In this document: piece after piece, positions 50,838 to 62,189 of the stretch | How the letters are laid out: the number at the start of each line of letters is the position of its first letter | Position numbering within the stretch: position 1 is the first letter of the stretch | NCBI GenBank assembly: GCA_023205875.1 | Contig: CP060760.1 | Coordinates: 620,001 to 684,000 of the forward strand | Length of the DNA stretch: 64,000 nucleotides | Source of the DNA: Chloropicon primus | Lineage: Eukaryota | Direction of reading: 5' to 3' | Notes under the pieces: model-generated | The model's database searches: none | The model's input: only the letters and a program-made list of their open reading frames with translations | Told to the model about the DNA's origin: nothing | Made by a program: the position numbers and the translations under genes

Positions 50838-51530
50838 ATGAGTTCTGCACAACCACCGAAGAGAAGAACCCTCCCCCTCCCCCCCCTCGCGGCGGCGGCC
50901 CTGCTGCTGGGGGTCCTCCTGGCGTCGCCCCCGGGGGCCATGGCCGACTTCCAGGTCGGCGGCCAGCTCGGCACCGCGCTCCAGACGAGTTCGGTGACGT
51001 ACGGCGGGTCCTCCAAGTCTGGGGGCCGCGCCCTCGGCCTGGCTTACGGCAGGGGCGACCGTTACCAGGGGACCGACGCGATCAGCGACGGTTACTCCAC
51101 GGCCCACGGGTTTGGGTACGCCAAGGAGGACTCGGCCGGCCACGCGGTGAGCGGGATCAATGGCAAGGGCGAGACCTCCGTGCAGGGCAGCCAGCACACG
51201 CTGTGGGAGTCCAACCCGCACGGGGACGGGGGTGTGGCGTCCGGCGCCTTTGACGCCAACGCCAACGCTCTCGAGGACCGCGCCGTGTTCGCCACCGCCT
51301 CCCAGTTCTCTGACACCGAGAGCCTCGGCGGGTTCGGGGACGGCCTGGCGGTCTCCGCCGCGGCGGCCACGGCCGTCGAGGTGGCGGACCGGGACGAGCT
51401 CCTGGACTTTGGCAGACCGGTTCCGTTGCAGGGCCGCGCCCGGGCCGCGGACGGGGTCAGGTCCGGCCTCAACCCCCTCTTCAACGGGCACAACCCCTTC
51501 GGCAGCTACTTTTTAGCCACCGGCAGGTAG
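50838..51530 (+). CDS. Secreted G/A/S-rich protein C
   Basis: Signal peptide ending AMA; ends ATGR*; TGTAA at 51583. Confidence 0.8.
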   Translation: MSSAQPPKRRTLPLPPLAAAALLLGVLLASPPGAMADFQVGGQLGTALQTSSVTYGGSSKSGGRALGLAYGRGDRYQGTDAISDGYSTAHGFGYAKEDSAGHAVSGINGKGETSVQGSQHTLWESNPHGDGGVASGAFDANANALEDRAVFATASQFSDTESLGGFGDGLAVSAAAATAVEVADRDELLDFGRPVPLQGRARAADGVRSGLNPLFNGHNPFGSYFLATGR

Positions 51531-51623
51531 GAGAGGCGGAATGCTCAAGCGCCGCTCGCAAGAAGAAGAAGAAGAAGCAAGCTGTAATGTACGAAGCTCA
51601 ACCCCACCCCCAACCCTCCAACC

Positions 51624-52490
51624 TCACAAGCAGCACAGCATCCTCAGGGCGTCCTCCTCCACGTCGAGCTGGGCCCCCTCGCGCCCGCCGTTCTCGGCCT
51701 CCCTCTTTGCCGTGGCCCTGGCCTCCAGCTCCACTACCTGCTCCCAGGGGTGGGCGAACAGGTTCCTCACGTGATACGGCACGACGCTCGGGTTGGCCTC
51801 CACGAAACCCACCAGGATGAACCTCTTCCCCTTGGTGATCTTGCGGCCAGCGTGCAGCACGGTCCCCGAGTGCACCACGCAGTCCCCCTGGCTGATCTCC
51901 ACGGTCCTGTCCGTGTGCTTGAAGTACGTCCCGCCGCCCTCGAACCCCGTCTCGGGGTTGAGCAAGATGTTGAAGCTCAGGATGCTCCCGTCCCGGTGGA
52001 GCTCGAGGCCCGCCTGCTTGCCGTCGCCCCCCTCCCCCGCCTCGTACTTGACGAAGAACAGGTCCTTGAAGAACAGGTCGCTCTCGGACAGGAACCCGAA
52101 CCTCGCCGCCAGCTCGGACAGCAGGGTCCTCCATAGGACGCGCCTCAACTTGCTGTCCAGCTTGGGGACCTCCAGCAGGGGCAAGTCCACAGTGGAGTAC
52201 GCCGAGTGGCGCTTCGTGTGCCACCCGATGCCCAGGCCGGTCATCTCCTCCCGCAGGCACATCAGCACGTCGTTGCACATCTTCCGCGTCCAGAACCCCT
52301 CGAGGACGAGCACTTTTCGCTTCAGGCTCGCGTCGTTCAGCAACCTCTTCCTCCTCGCGGCTGGCGAGTCCTCCTCCACGTGAACCCTCTCCCTGAACGA
52401 GCTCTCCACCTCCTCGAGCGTGTTCAGCCCCCTTCCCTCCCCCCGCACCCCGAAGCGCGTCGGCAGGACCCTCCTCTCGTCCCACTCCAT
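51624..52490 (-). CDS. 2OG-Fe(II) dioxygenase (prolyl/lysyl hydroxylase-like); possible upstream exon 52783-52658
   Basis: HRD..SFNILLN..FEGGGTYF..H.G..LHAG..IT.G.R.ILVGF motif. Confidence 0.85.
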   Translation of the reverse strand: MEWDERRVLPTRFGVRGEGRGLNTLEEVESSFRERVHVEEDSPAARRKRLLNDASLKRKVLVLEGFWTRKMCNDVLMCLREEMTGLGIGWHTKRHSAYSTVDLPLLEVPKLDSKLRRVLWRTLLSELAARFGFLSESDLFFKDLFFVKYEAGEGGDGKQAGLELHRDGSILSFNILLNPETGFEGGGTYFKHTDRTVEISQGDCVVHSGTVLHAGRKITKGKRFILVGFVEANPSVVPYHVRNLFAHPWEQVVELEARATAKREAENGGREGAQLDVEEDALRMLCCL

Positions 52491-52781
52491 CTAAAGTAAA
52501 ACCACACCTGCCTTGCCAAGGAAGAAGGATGAACACACAACCTGGTGATTCCTTCCTCCCTCTCCCTCTCCTCCTCCTCCTCCTCCTCCTCCTCCTCACA
52601 AAAAAAGAAATAAATATAAAGTAAAACCCCTCGGGCCGAAGCGCCACCCGCCCCAACCTTCAGCTGAGGACGCCGCCCTCGCCGTCCTCCTCCTCCTCCT
52701 CCTCCTCCGTCGTCCTCGTCGTACCGCGCCGATCGGACGAGTTCACCATCTGTCAGTTGTTGGCGGGCGATCGCGATCGTC

Positions 52782-52879
52782 ATGGTGCGCACCCTCAAGC
52801 GGAGCGCACCGGTGAGGAGGAGGGTCGCGCCGGACGCGGAGGGGAAGGAGGTGGGTCTTGGCGACGCTTCGCTCCGTTT

Positions 52880-52934
<55 letters not shown>

Positions 52935-55900
52935 CTCTGACCGACCTTTGTTTGTTTCTTCCCTCTTGGACGATGACGACGACGCAGGTTGTCGATGCGG
53001 TGCCTGCCTCGAGGAAGAGGAAGGCGTCTCGAGCTCCGGCGGACGCCCAGGAGACGGAGGAGAGGTTCGTGGCGACGTTTCCGGAAAAGGACGAGCCAGG
53101 AACGTCCTCGTTCGAGTTGGCTCGGCAGGAAGTGGAGGTCGAGCTCAGCGCGAGGGGGGACGGCGGGGAAGCGGCCTCGACGTCCGAGCGGAGCGCTTGC
53201 GGCGATGGGAGGTACGCCCTCGAGCTCCTGGTAAAGCCGAACAGGCTGTACAAGAGGAAGAAGCTGAGCGGGGACACGACCTGCCTGCAGTGCGTTCTCT
53301 CCGACAGGGCGGAGGGGACCAGTGGGGTGTGCACCATCTCCAACTTCGCCGGGAGCCACAACGAGGTGCGGTCGCTAGTCCAGTCGCTGGGCCAGGGGCT
53401 GCTGAGGCTGCGGGACATCAGGCTGGACGAGTGCAGCACGAGTGCGAGCAGGAAGAGGCTCGGGTTCTCGATCGCCCTGTGGGAAGAGGCCTTCGCCCTC
53501 AGGCCCAGCTTTGCCTACGACAAGCCGAGGCGGAACCAGGTGGCGCGGGCGTCCCTGCTTCGCTCGGCCCTCAAGTTCGTGAGGCCAGATTTCTTCTCCG
53601 TTGGACGGGGCCCGGAGACTCGCGCCGCCGCCGCCGCCGCGATGGAAGCCTCCCTGGGCACGGCGGGCAAGCCAAAGGACCACCTCGAGCTCGCCATGCA
53701 CACGGTGGGGCAAGGGGGCGAGCAGATCAACACGGCGCTGCTGTACGCGGCGATTGCCCCGCAGAGCCAAGAGGCAGGGAGCTCGAAAGGGGACGAGAGG
53801 GTGGACTCGATCCAGGGCTTGGTTCCGACGCTGAGGGCGTACCAGAAGAGAGCGGTTTCCTGGATGCTGGAGAGGGAGGAGTCCTTCGGGGAGCCCCAGG
53901 AGGGCAGCTTCATATGGAAGAAATGCGGGGACTTGGGAGGAAGGGAAGAGGCTTACCTCAACGTTTACACGGGCCAGGTCTCCAGGCAGGCTTACCCCGC
54001 GGAGATCAGAGTGCCAGGGGGCATCCTCGCGGACGAGATGGGCCTCGGCAAGACCGTGGAGGTTCTCGCTTGTATCCTATCGAACAGGTGCCCCGGGGGC
54101 GTGAAGAAGGAGGAGGGGGACGGGGTCGGCGGCGAGAAAGTGGCGGCAAGCCTCGTTGGGAAGCTGGAAGCGGAGGATCGCTTCGCCCACGGATCAGACG
54201 GCCAGTACGACGGTGCCGCAAGCATGACGTGGGTGTCCTGCGACGATTGCCGCGCTTGGATCGAGCTCAAAGAGACGGGGTACAAGAGCCAGGCGGACGT
54301 GCCGAGCAAGTACATTTGTGGCGAATGCGTCAGAAACCGGGCCAAGGACGCATCGCTCCTGCACGAGCAGTGCAAGACCACCCTCATCATCTGCCCGGAT
54401 CCCATCCTGGAGCAGTGGGAGGAGGAGCTGGAGAAGCACACCCATCACGGCTTCTTGAGGATATTCACGTACTCCGGGCAGAAGGCCTCGCTCAGCACTG
54501 GGGGGAATCCGGACGACGTCGTCACTGCGCAGGTGCTGTCGGAGTACGATGTCGTCCTGTCCACTTACAGCGTGCTCGGGGCAGACATCCACAAGGACGC
54601 CGACATTGTCGATACCCTCGAGGAGAATCAGAAGTCCCTGAGGTACGCAAAGAGGTATCAGAAAGTTCCGACGCCCCTGACGAGGCTCAAGTGGTGGAGG
54701 GTCTGCCTGGACGAGGCCCAGATGGTGCAAAGCGGGACCGCAAAGTGTGCTCAAATGGCACTGAAGCTGGCGACCAAGTTCCGCTGGTGCGTCACGGGAA
54801 CCCCGATCAACAAGGGTCTGGAGGACCTGTACGGGCTCATGATGTTCTTGCAAGCCCATCCATTCGACTACAGGTACTGGTGGAACATGCTCGTTCAGAA
54901 CTCGTGTGAGCTGGGGTCGACCCAGGGGTTCTCGAATCTCACGGGGCTGCTGCAGCCCAGCTCGGGGGGAATCATGTGGAGAACGAGGAAGGTGGACGTG
55001 AAGGAGGACTTGAACCTTCAGCCTCAGCTGGTCAAGATCACAAACTTGGACCTCTCTGCAGTCGAGCGGCACTTTTACAAGCAGCAGCACCAGGAGTGCT
55101 ACGACGTTGCGGTAGCCGCTCTTCCTCGGGGCGTGATGCTGAGCAAGTCGACCAGCGAAGACGAGGAGAGAACCCTGGGGCCCCGAGCAGCATCCAAGGT
55201 ATTTGCGAAGCTGCTCCGCCTCCGGCAGGCGTGCTGCCACCCCCAAGTCGGCTCCCAAGGAATACGCGCGCTGTCTCAGAGCTCCAAGCCACTCAGCATG
55301 GAGGAGATCCTGGACATGATGATCGAGAAAGCCAAGGTCGACGCCGAGGACACCTTGAGAATAGTGATCTTCTGCCTGAACGGCTTGGCCTCCATCTTTC
55401 AGTTAGAGGGAAGCAAGAAGGATGCAGTCCTGGCGTACAGGGAGGCCCTTCAGTACTCTGGAAACCATGTCCAGTATGGCATCAAGACGGATTCCCTCCA
55501 GAAGTTGCACACGCTTCACAACCTGTCCTCGCTTTTGCTGCAAGGGAGTATTGCTGGAATTGCCCCGACCCTCAGGGACTCTCAGCTGGGCGCAGAAGCA
55601 AAGGCGCTGAAGAAGGACTACCTGAGAAATGCCTCGAGCCGTCTGATTCTAGCAAACACGGACTTCCTGGCAAGGAAGGACAAAGTCGCGTACAGCGAGG
55701 GCCAGAAATTTGGGATGAACTGGTGGATCGAGATTCTCACGCAGATTGAGCGGGACGGCGACAGCGCCACCTCGAGGCAGTTTTTGGATCAGATCAAATC
55801 CAGGCTGAGTGACCGGACGGCAGTGGGAACGAGCATGCACGGCAGAAACTCCTCGTCGCTGGTCCACAGGTTCGACAGCATCGGTGGACTGAAGTACTTG

Positions 55901-57694
55901 CTGAGCGTGGAGCTGAGAAGCATCTTCGATGCAAGGGAAGAGGCGATCAAAGAACTGTCCAAGCTCGAGAGCGAATGCCAGAAGGAGTCGCCCAGCTTTA
56001 TCTACGAAGTCTCTCGGTGTGGTAAATGCAGGGGGGAGCTTGGAACAAGCCTGGTTCATTGCGCCTACTGCAGCTTGGACGATTTGCTGATGAGGTACGA
56101 GGCCAGAATATTCTCGCTGAGGACTCAGGCCACGAAAAAGGGGACCATTCTGAACGCCGAGGACGCGACCAGAGCCCAGGAGTCCGCGGGGGGCTTTGCC
56201 GGGGGCTGGGGCAGAATGGCAGGGAGAAGCGTCCAGGGGGATTCGGGAGCCAGGCGGGAGCAAGACACTGCGGATTTGGGGAGGGGGGCGAGGGGGAGGA
56301 CTGGTAAGACGGTCGCCCACGCCGACGTGTTTCACGCTCCCAGTGAAGCTGAAGTCATTCTAGACTACCTGGCCTCTGTCGCCTCCAAGGGAAAGTTCAG
56401 AAACTTGAGCTTGTCCAAGTCCAAAGGTTTCGAGCAACTTGTGAAAGACCACCTCTTGCTGCTGGAAAACATGAGGAACGAGTTCAAGCCCGCCAGGGCT
56501 TACGCCTTGGCCCAAAGGCAATACGTCTACTCGTTCGACGAGCTGGAGATGGCGATGATGAAGATGCAGCTGAGGGCGGAGGGCGAGGAGCTTCTGCACG
56601 ATCACGAGAAGTATTTCAAGCTCTACAGGAGCGAGCTGGTCGTGAGGAACAAGGAGCTGAGCGACGAGAAGATCGTAGCGCAAGCGGATCTCACTAGAGC
56701 CGTCGGCACATTGAGGTACCTCGAGGGCCTGGCAGCGGCGAAGAGGAGAAGCAGGCAGGGGCTTGCGAGGGGCGAAGAGCCCGACGAGGACTCGATGTGC
56801 CTTGTCTGCCAGGAGGGCATCACGGGCAACACGGCCGTCTTGTCTTGCGGCCACTTTTTCTGCAGCAAGTGCGTGACTGCCCTCATCGCGCGGTCCCGCC
56901 CAGGCCCCGGTGGCCGGAGAACAAGGGAGGACCTCAGGAGGAGGAAGATCTTGTGCCCAACTTGCAGGTCTTCGATCTTCGTCTCTGAGATCGCCTATGC
57001 GGGCGACGACAGGCTGACGCAGGACCAGGAGGAAAACGACGAGGATCGCGACGAGGCCAAGGCCGCCGGTGGCGCGGGGGTGGACGAGGAGTTCGACCTC
57101 GAGGGCGTCAGGGTGAAGGGGTCCTTCGGTTCCAAGCTCGAGGCGGTCGTCAGGCGCGTCGCGAGCATCCTGCACAGGGACCCTGAGGCGAAGATCTTGG
57201 TCTTCAGCGAATGGCAGGACGTTCTCGAGCTCCTGACCCACGCCTTCAACGCCAACCAGGTGCCTTTCGTGTTCGCCAAGGGCAAACCGGCCATGTCCAA
57301 GGCGCTGAAGCAGTTCAAAACGAAGCGCGAGGTGGCGGGCGCGGTGGCCAGCGTCCTCATGCTCCCCGTCAAGCTGGGCGCCAACGGCCTCAACCTCATC
57401 GAGGCCCAACACGTCGTCCTGATCGAGCCTCTCCTGGATCCGGCAAAGGAGGCCCAAGCCTTCGGGAGGGTGGACAGGATCGGCCAGACGAAGAAGACTT
57501 ACGTTCACAGGTTCATCGTGAGGCGGACCGTGGAGGAGAAGGTGTACGCCCTCGCCCAGCAGAGGGCCAGCGCGTACAGCATCATGGGTTTCCCCGCAAC
57601 CAGGACCAAGGAGGGCGTCAGCGAGATGTCCTCCTTGACCATTGCGGACATCAAGTCCTTGATCCTCAGGGGGCAGTGCCATGACGACGATTAA
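52782..57694 (+). CDS. SHPRH: SHPRH SNF2 helicase / PHD / RING E3 ligase (exons 52782-52850, 52988-57694)
   Basis: GGILADEMGLGKT, PHD finger, WWRVCLDEAQMV, LRQACCHP, RING, and GANGLNL..QAFGRVDRIGQ; the (CT)n-containing intron splices in frame. Confidence 0.93.
52883..52930. repeat. (CT)n microsatellite (representative; similar GA/CT tracts at ~4015, 23281, 31055, 31277, 37614, 38648, 45140)
   Basis: Direct reading; these tracts lie mostly in introns and UTRs. Confidence 0.95.
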
Positions 57695-57863
57695 TGCATC
57701 GATTCGATTACTACGATTGCCTTCCTCCTTCGAGGCCATGTCTCTGTCTCTCTCTCCCCCCTCGCCCGTCCGTTATGATGCGTGATTGAAAAGCGGAAAG
57801 GTGAAGGAGTGCGAGGAGAGCAGCGAGAGTGGTTTCACTTTTGCGAAAGCCTTGGCGACGAGG

Positions 57864-59449
57864 ATGTCTTCGAGGTCGATGAGGTTGTTGGCGTGGTGCG
57901 TCCTGCTCGCGTTGTCGTCGGGCTTGGCCGGGGCGGAAGACGTCTGTGATGATGGCGGGCCAGATGCCTTCTTTCCCACGATCGAGAAGGTGGTCTATGA
58001 CCCCTCCTCGAGAGCTCCTCTGGCGTTTCGGCACTACAACGCGGAGGAGGAGGTGTGCGTCAAGGAGGACTGCCGGGCGATGAAGGACTGGCTCAGGTTC
58101 AGCGTCGCGTTCTGGCACACCATTCGGGGGGACGGATCCGATCCTTTCGGGTCTCCCACCAAGTCTTGGCCCTGGGAGGAGGGGGAGATGTCCGCCATGG
58201 CACGCGCAAAGGTTCGCCTTCGAGCGATCTTCGAGTTCTTGGACAAGCTCGGCGTTGAGTATTGGTGCTTCCACGACCGCGATATAGCGCCGGAGGGACA
58301 GACCCTTCAGGAGACCAAAGCAAACTTGGATGCCATCGTGGAGCAGGCTAAGGAGTTGCAGGAGAAACACGACAAGAAGCTGCTGTGGGGGACGGCGCAA
58401 TTATTTCATCACAAACGCTATATCAATGGGGCGGCGACGTCCCCTGATTCACGCGTCTACGCCTACGCGGCTGCCATGGTGGCGATGGCCATGGACGCAA
58501 CGAAAAAACTTCAAGGCCAAAACTTTGTTTTCTGGGGTGGAAGAGAGGGCTACCAGAGCCTCCTCAACTCTGACATCAAACAGGAGCTCGACCAACTCGG
58601 GGCGTTCATGTCGGCTGCGGCTGACTACAAGGAGGAGATAGGATTTGACGGCGAGCTTCTCATCGAACCGAAGCCCCAGGAGCCGATGAAACACCAGTAT
58701 GATTTCGACGTGGCGACCACCGCGAACTTTTTGAGAATGAACAACCTGGAAGGGAAGTTCAAGATCAACGTGGAGTGCAACCACGCGACGTTGAGTGGCC
58801 ACTCCTGCGAGCACGAACTGAGGACCGCGAGCATTCAAGGCCTGCTCGGGAACGTCGACATCAACACGGGGGACCCTCAGACGGGCTGGGACACGGACCA
58901 GGTGAGTTGTGGGATCACCCCCCCCAGCGCCTTGAAAACGTGGGGGCGCACACACGCACACGCAAAACCACTCACTCACTCGCTCACTCACACTCTCTCC
59001 CTCTGCAGTTCCTGACGGATCCGGTCGAGGCCACGCGCTTGATGCTGACAATCTTGGAACAAGGGGGCCTCGGAAAGGGCGGCCTAAACTTCGACGCAAA
59101 GCTCCGCAGAGAAAGCGTGGATGTGGAGGACCTCTTCTACGCGCACATCAGCGGGATGGATGCGATGGCGAGGGGATTGAAGCAAGCCGCCGCGATCATC
59201 AATGACGGAAGGTGAGATTGAATTTGGTGATTCTCGTCCCCCCCCGCTGACCTTCGTTTCCTTCCCCTCTTTACTCCGATGATCAGCTTGAAGGCCTTCG
59301 TGGATTCGAGGTATAGGTCGTTCGAGACCTTTGACTTTCGCCAGGATTTCAAGTCGCTGAGTGCCCTCGCCATGGCGTCGGACGTCCCCGCGAGCACGGA
59401 GAGCGGCTCTCAGGAGAAGGCCGAGATCCTTTTCAGCATGTTCACGTGA
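57864..59449 (+). CDS. xylA: Xylose isomerase with signal peptide, 3 exons (57864-58901, 59009-59211, 59287-59449)
   Basis: [39 protein letters not shown] and [13 protein letters not shown] motifs. Confidence 0.95.
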
Positions 59450-59825
59450 AGACGAGATGATAATGAACGTCACACATAATGATTTGATTTCCCACAGCAC
59501 AGCAGTATGATCGATCCCCCTTGACTCCATCCCATCCCATCACCATCATCCATCATCCCCCCTGCGGCTTGGTTCCCCCGCCCGATTTCATCGATCCCCA
59601 AACGAGAGGCCGAGGAGCGGCCGTTAGCAAAACGAGAGGGGAGGGGACACGGCAGCCAGCCAAGGAGGGGGTCGAGGGGGAGAGAGAGAGAACGGCAAGG
59701 TAACGAAGCGAAGGGTATCCCGTCGAGACTCTCGGTGGACCGCTGGGGCGGCCGGAGGGTTCTCCTGAAACCAGCGACGACGAGGACGGGTGGCCTGGCC
59801 TCGGGATCTCTCCGCGGGAGAGGAG

Positions 59826-60494
59826 ATGTACGTGCCGATTGAGGACATCACCCACACGGGGATCCCGTGGAAGGACTCGTTGCCCTTGACGACGATGGTG
59901 TTCTGCTACCTGCCGCTGTACGCGACCTTTCGGAAGGGGCTGCCGTTCCAGTTCCTTTGCGCGAGCTTGAGCTGCGGGGTGGCGAGCCTGTACCACTGGT
60001 TGCTGTACTCGGGGGATCGCGCCGTGCTTGGGTTGACGGCGGACGACTGGAGGCAGCTGGACATCGCCGTGGCGTGCTATTGCCTGGGGATTTGCCTCGC
60101 TTACGTGCTGCACGCGCACCACGAGATCAACACCGTCACCACCCGGGTCGTGGTGCCGGTGGCCATGGCATGGATGCATCTGCGAGGGGCGGAGCACGCC
60201 ACCTTTGCGAAGGTATTGATCGCGAACTCGGTCTTCGTCTTCCTGGGGCGTTTGATCTTCAGGACGAAGAACGTCCCGGTCTACGACTGGTCTTACCTCA
60301 AGTACGCGGTGCCGAGCATCCTGATCAGTCTGGTGTTCTTCCCACTCCCGGTGGTCTGGCCCCACATGTATTGGCTGTACCACAGCCTGTGGCACGTCTT
60401 CATGGGGCTGGGGCTCTTCGTCTGTTACGGCTTTCTGCACACGGGGTCGTACAAGGCGAGGAAGAAGGCCAAAGCGAAAAGGAAGACCAAATAG
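59826..60494 (+). CDS. CREST-superfamily multi-TM protein (TMEM8/PGAP6/myomaker-like)
   Basis: SxxxH (ASLYH), conserved Asp (QLD) and HxxxH (HSLWH) motifs in hydrophobic helices. Confidence 0.7.
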   Translation: MYVPIEDITHTGIPWKDSLPLTTMVFCYLPLYATFRKGLPFQFLCASLSCGVASLYHWLLYSGDRAVLGLTADDWRQLDIAVACYCLGICLAYVLHAHHEINTVTTRVVVPVAMAWMHLRGAEHATFAKVLIANSVFVFLGRLIFRTKNVPVYDWSYLKYAVPSILISLVFFPLPVVWPHMYWLYHSLWHVFMGLGLFVCYGFLHTGSYKARKKAKAKRKTK

Positions 60495-60562
60495 CAATAC
60501 ATTGTTTTTCGTGCGTTGTGTAGTTTAGAGAATTTTTGCAAGAAAGCCGCCGCGCATCATCA

Positions 60563-61565
60563 TCACGAGTCGATAAGTCCCGCCTTGGCCGCCTCCATCA
60601 TCCTCTCCTGGGCCTCGAGCTTCTTTTCCATCACGTTCGCACTCGTTTCCAGCAAGACTCCTCCCAGAAACACCTCGTCCAGCACAAAGTAAGCCTGCGA
60701 GAGGAGAGACAAGACAAGACGAGAGACGAGGACGGCGAGTGAGTCACCACGCGAGGAGGAGGGGTGAGTAGTTTCGTCCAGTGGTCCGAATGCACACCAC
60801 CCGGGAGAGTGAGTGCGTGTGTGCGTGTGTTCAAGGCAAGGCACGTACCTTGTGGAAGTTGTAGATGAGGTCCAACTCGCAGACGTTTCCAAAGTACTTG
60901 TCCAAGGACTCCACGAAATGATGAAGAGCCTCCAAGATAGAGAGCTCGTTCTCGTATCCGCTGACTCCCGCTATGAAGTACAGACTCGCGTACTTTCTGT
61001 AAATGATCTTCTTGTCCTGCCACTCCAGCACGTTGCACAGCTGCACACACCGAGGGAAGCAGAACCAAAAAGATAGACAAGACAGACAGAGACGCCGGTT
61101 CGTTCTCGTTGGTCAGGTTCTGCGTGTGCGTGCGTGGTGGCCTTGCGTCCACATCCGGGCCGACTCGCGTGTGACCCACCTTACTCCCCCTGTGCGTGAT
61201 TTGGCTGACGATTTGTCGGGTTATCTTTGCCCTCTCCTTCTGGCTGGTGGTCGTGTACCTGCAGCAAGCGGCGATCGAACAAGAAGGAAACGAAAGTTCA
61301 GTGACTCGTGGCACTCACGGGTCGAGGCACGGATGGCAGGCACGCCACACAGTCGTTGGAAAGAGCCCGTGCGGGGAAAAGGGTCAAGGAAGGAGGCCTC
61401 CCTCGCCATCCGCTCCCTGCCAGTAGTAGGGAAGAGGAGGCAAGCAAGACTCCGCCTTTGGCAGTCGCTCCGGCTCGGGGCTTGTGCTTGATCCGTGGAG
61501 GTAACGTACCATCGCGTGAGGCGCACTTTTCCCTGCCTGTTCACCAAAAGGATGAACTCAATCAT
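60563..61565 (-). CDS. AP1S: Clathrin adaptor AP-1 sigma subunit, 4 exons (61565-61510, 61258-61180, 61040-60849, 60694-60563)
   Basis: RQGKVRLTRWY, IYRKYASLYF and YFGNVCELDLIYNFHKAY motifs. Confidence 0.88.
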
Positions 61566-62189
61566 GTCGTAAAGTGTTGCTTCCCCTCTGACCACTTCCT
61601 TGGAGGAACCTTTTGTCGACCACTCCGGTTGCCGAATTCGTGAACCAAACGACCAATGGAAAGCTCTCGAGACGAGGCGAAGTCTTGGCAACGTGCCCTC
61701 TCGTCAAAACTCCCTCCTCGCGCGTAATGCCCTCGGCAAGTCAACTCCCTCCCAAACCCTGAAAACCTTTGGCTCTCTCAGGGAAAACAAACTGGCGCTG
61801 AATTATTCTCGATCGCCAGGACGACGTGAGGTGAGGAGTGGCCTTGCGTTGCGTTGTGGAGCAGAGGGAGCAAGAGGAGGGTCACCACGGGTGGCGAGGG
61901 TGACAGATTGTGAGACTAGAGGTCGCGGGCTTTCCACGGACCCCTCACTTGACCCATTTGGCGCCGGGTGTGAGAGGCGAAGCGTGGTTACGGGTGTCGA
62001 GGCAACACCAGAGTGAGGCGAGAGGGGTCACTTTGGGCGGGGATCTCGGCTCGCCCATCGGGTGGAGCGAATCAAATCAAGTCGAGACGAGACGAGTGTC
62101 CTTTCGCTTGGTTCGGTTTTGTGTGCTCAAAGGAACCCAAGGGTGGTGAGCCTTCTTCCTCTGTTGATGGGGCGACGACGGCCTGGGTA

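Noticed and set aside
57864..59449. Xylose isomerase as a recent bacterial transfer or a novel secreted form
   Set aside because: It has introns and host-like codon usage, and plant xylose isomerases also carry N-terminal signal sequences.
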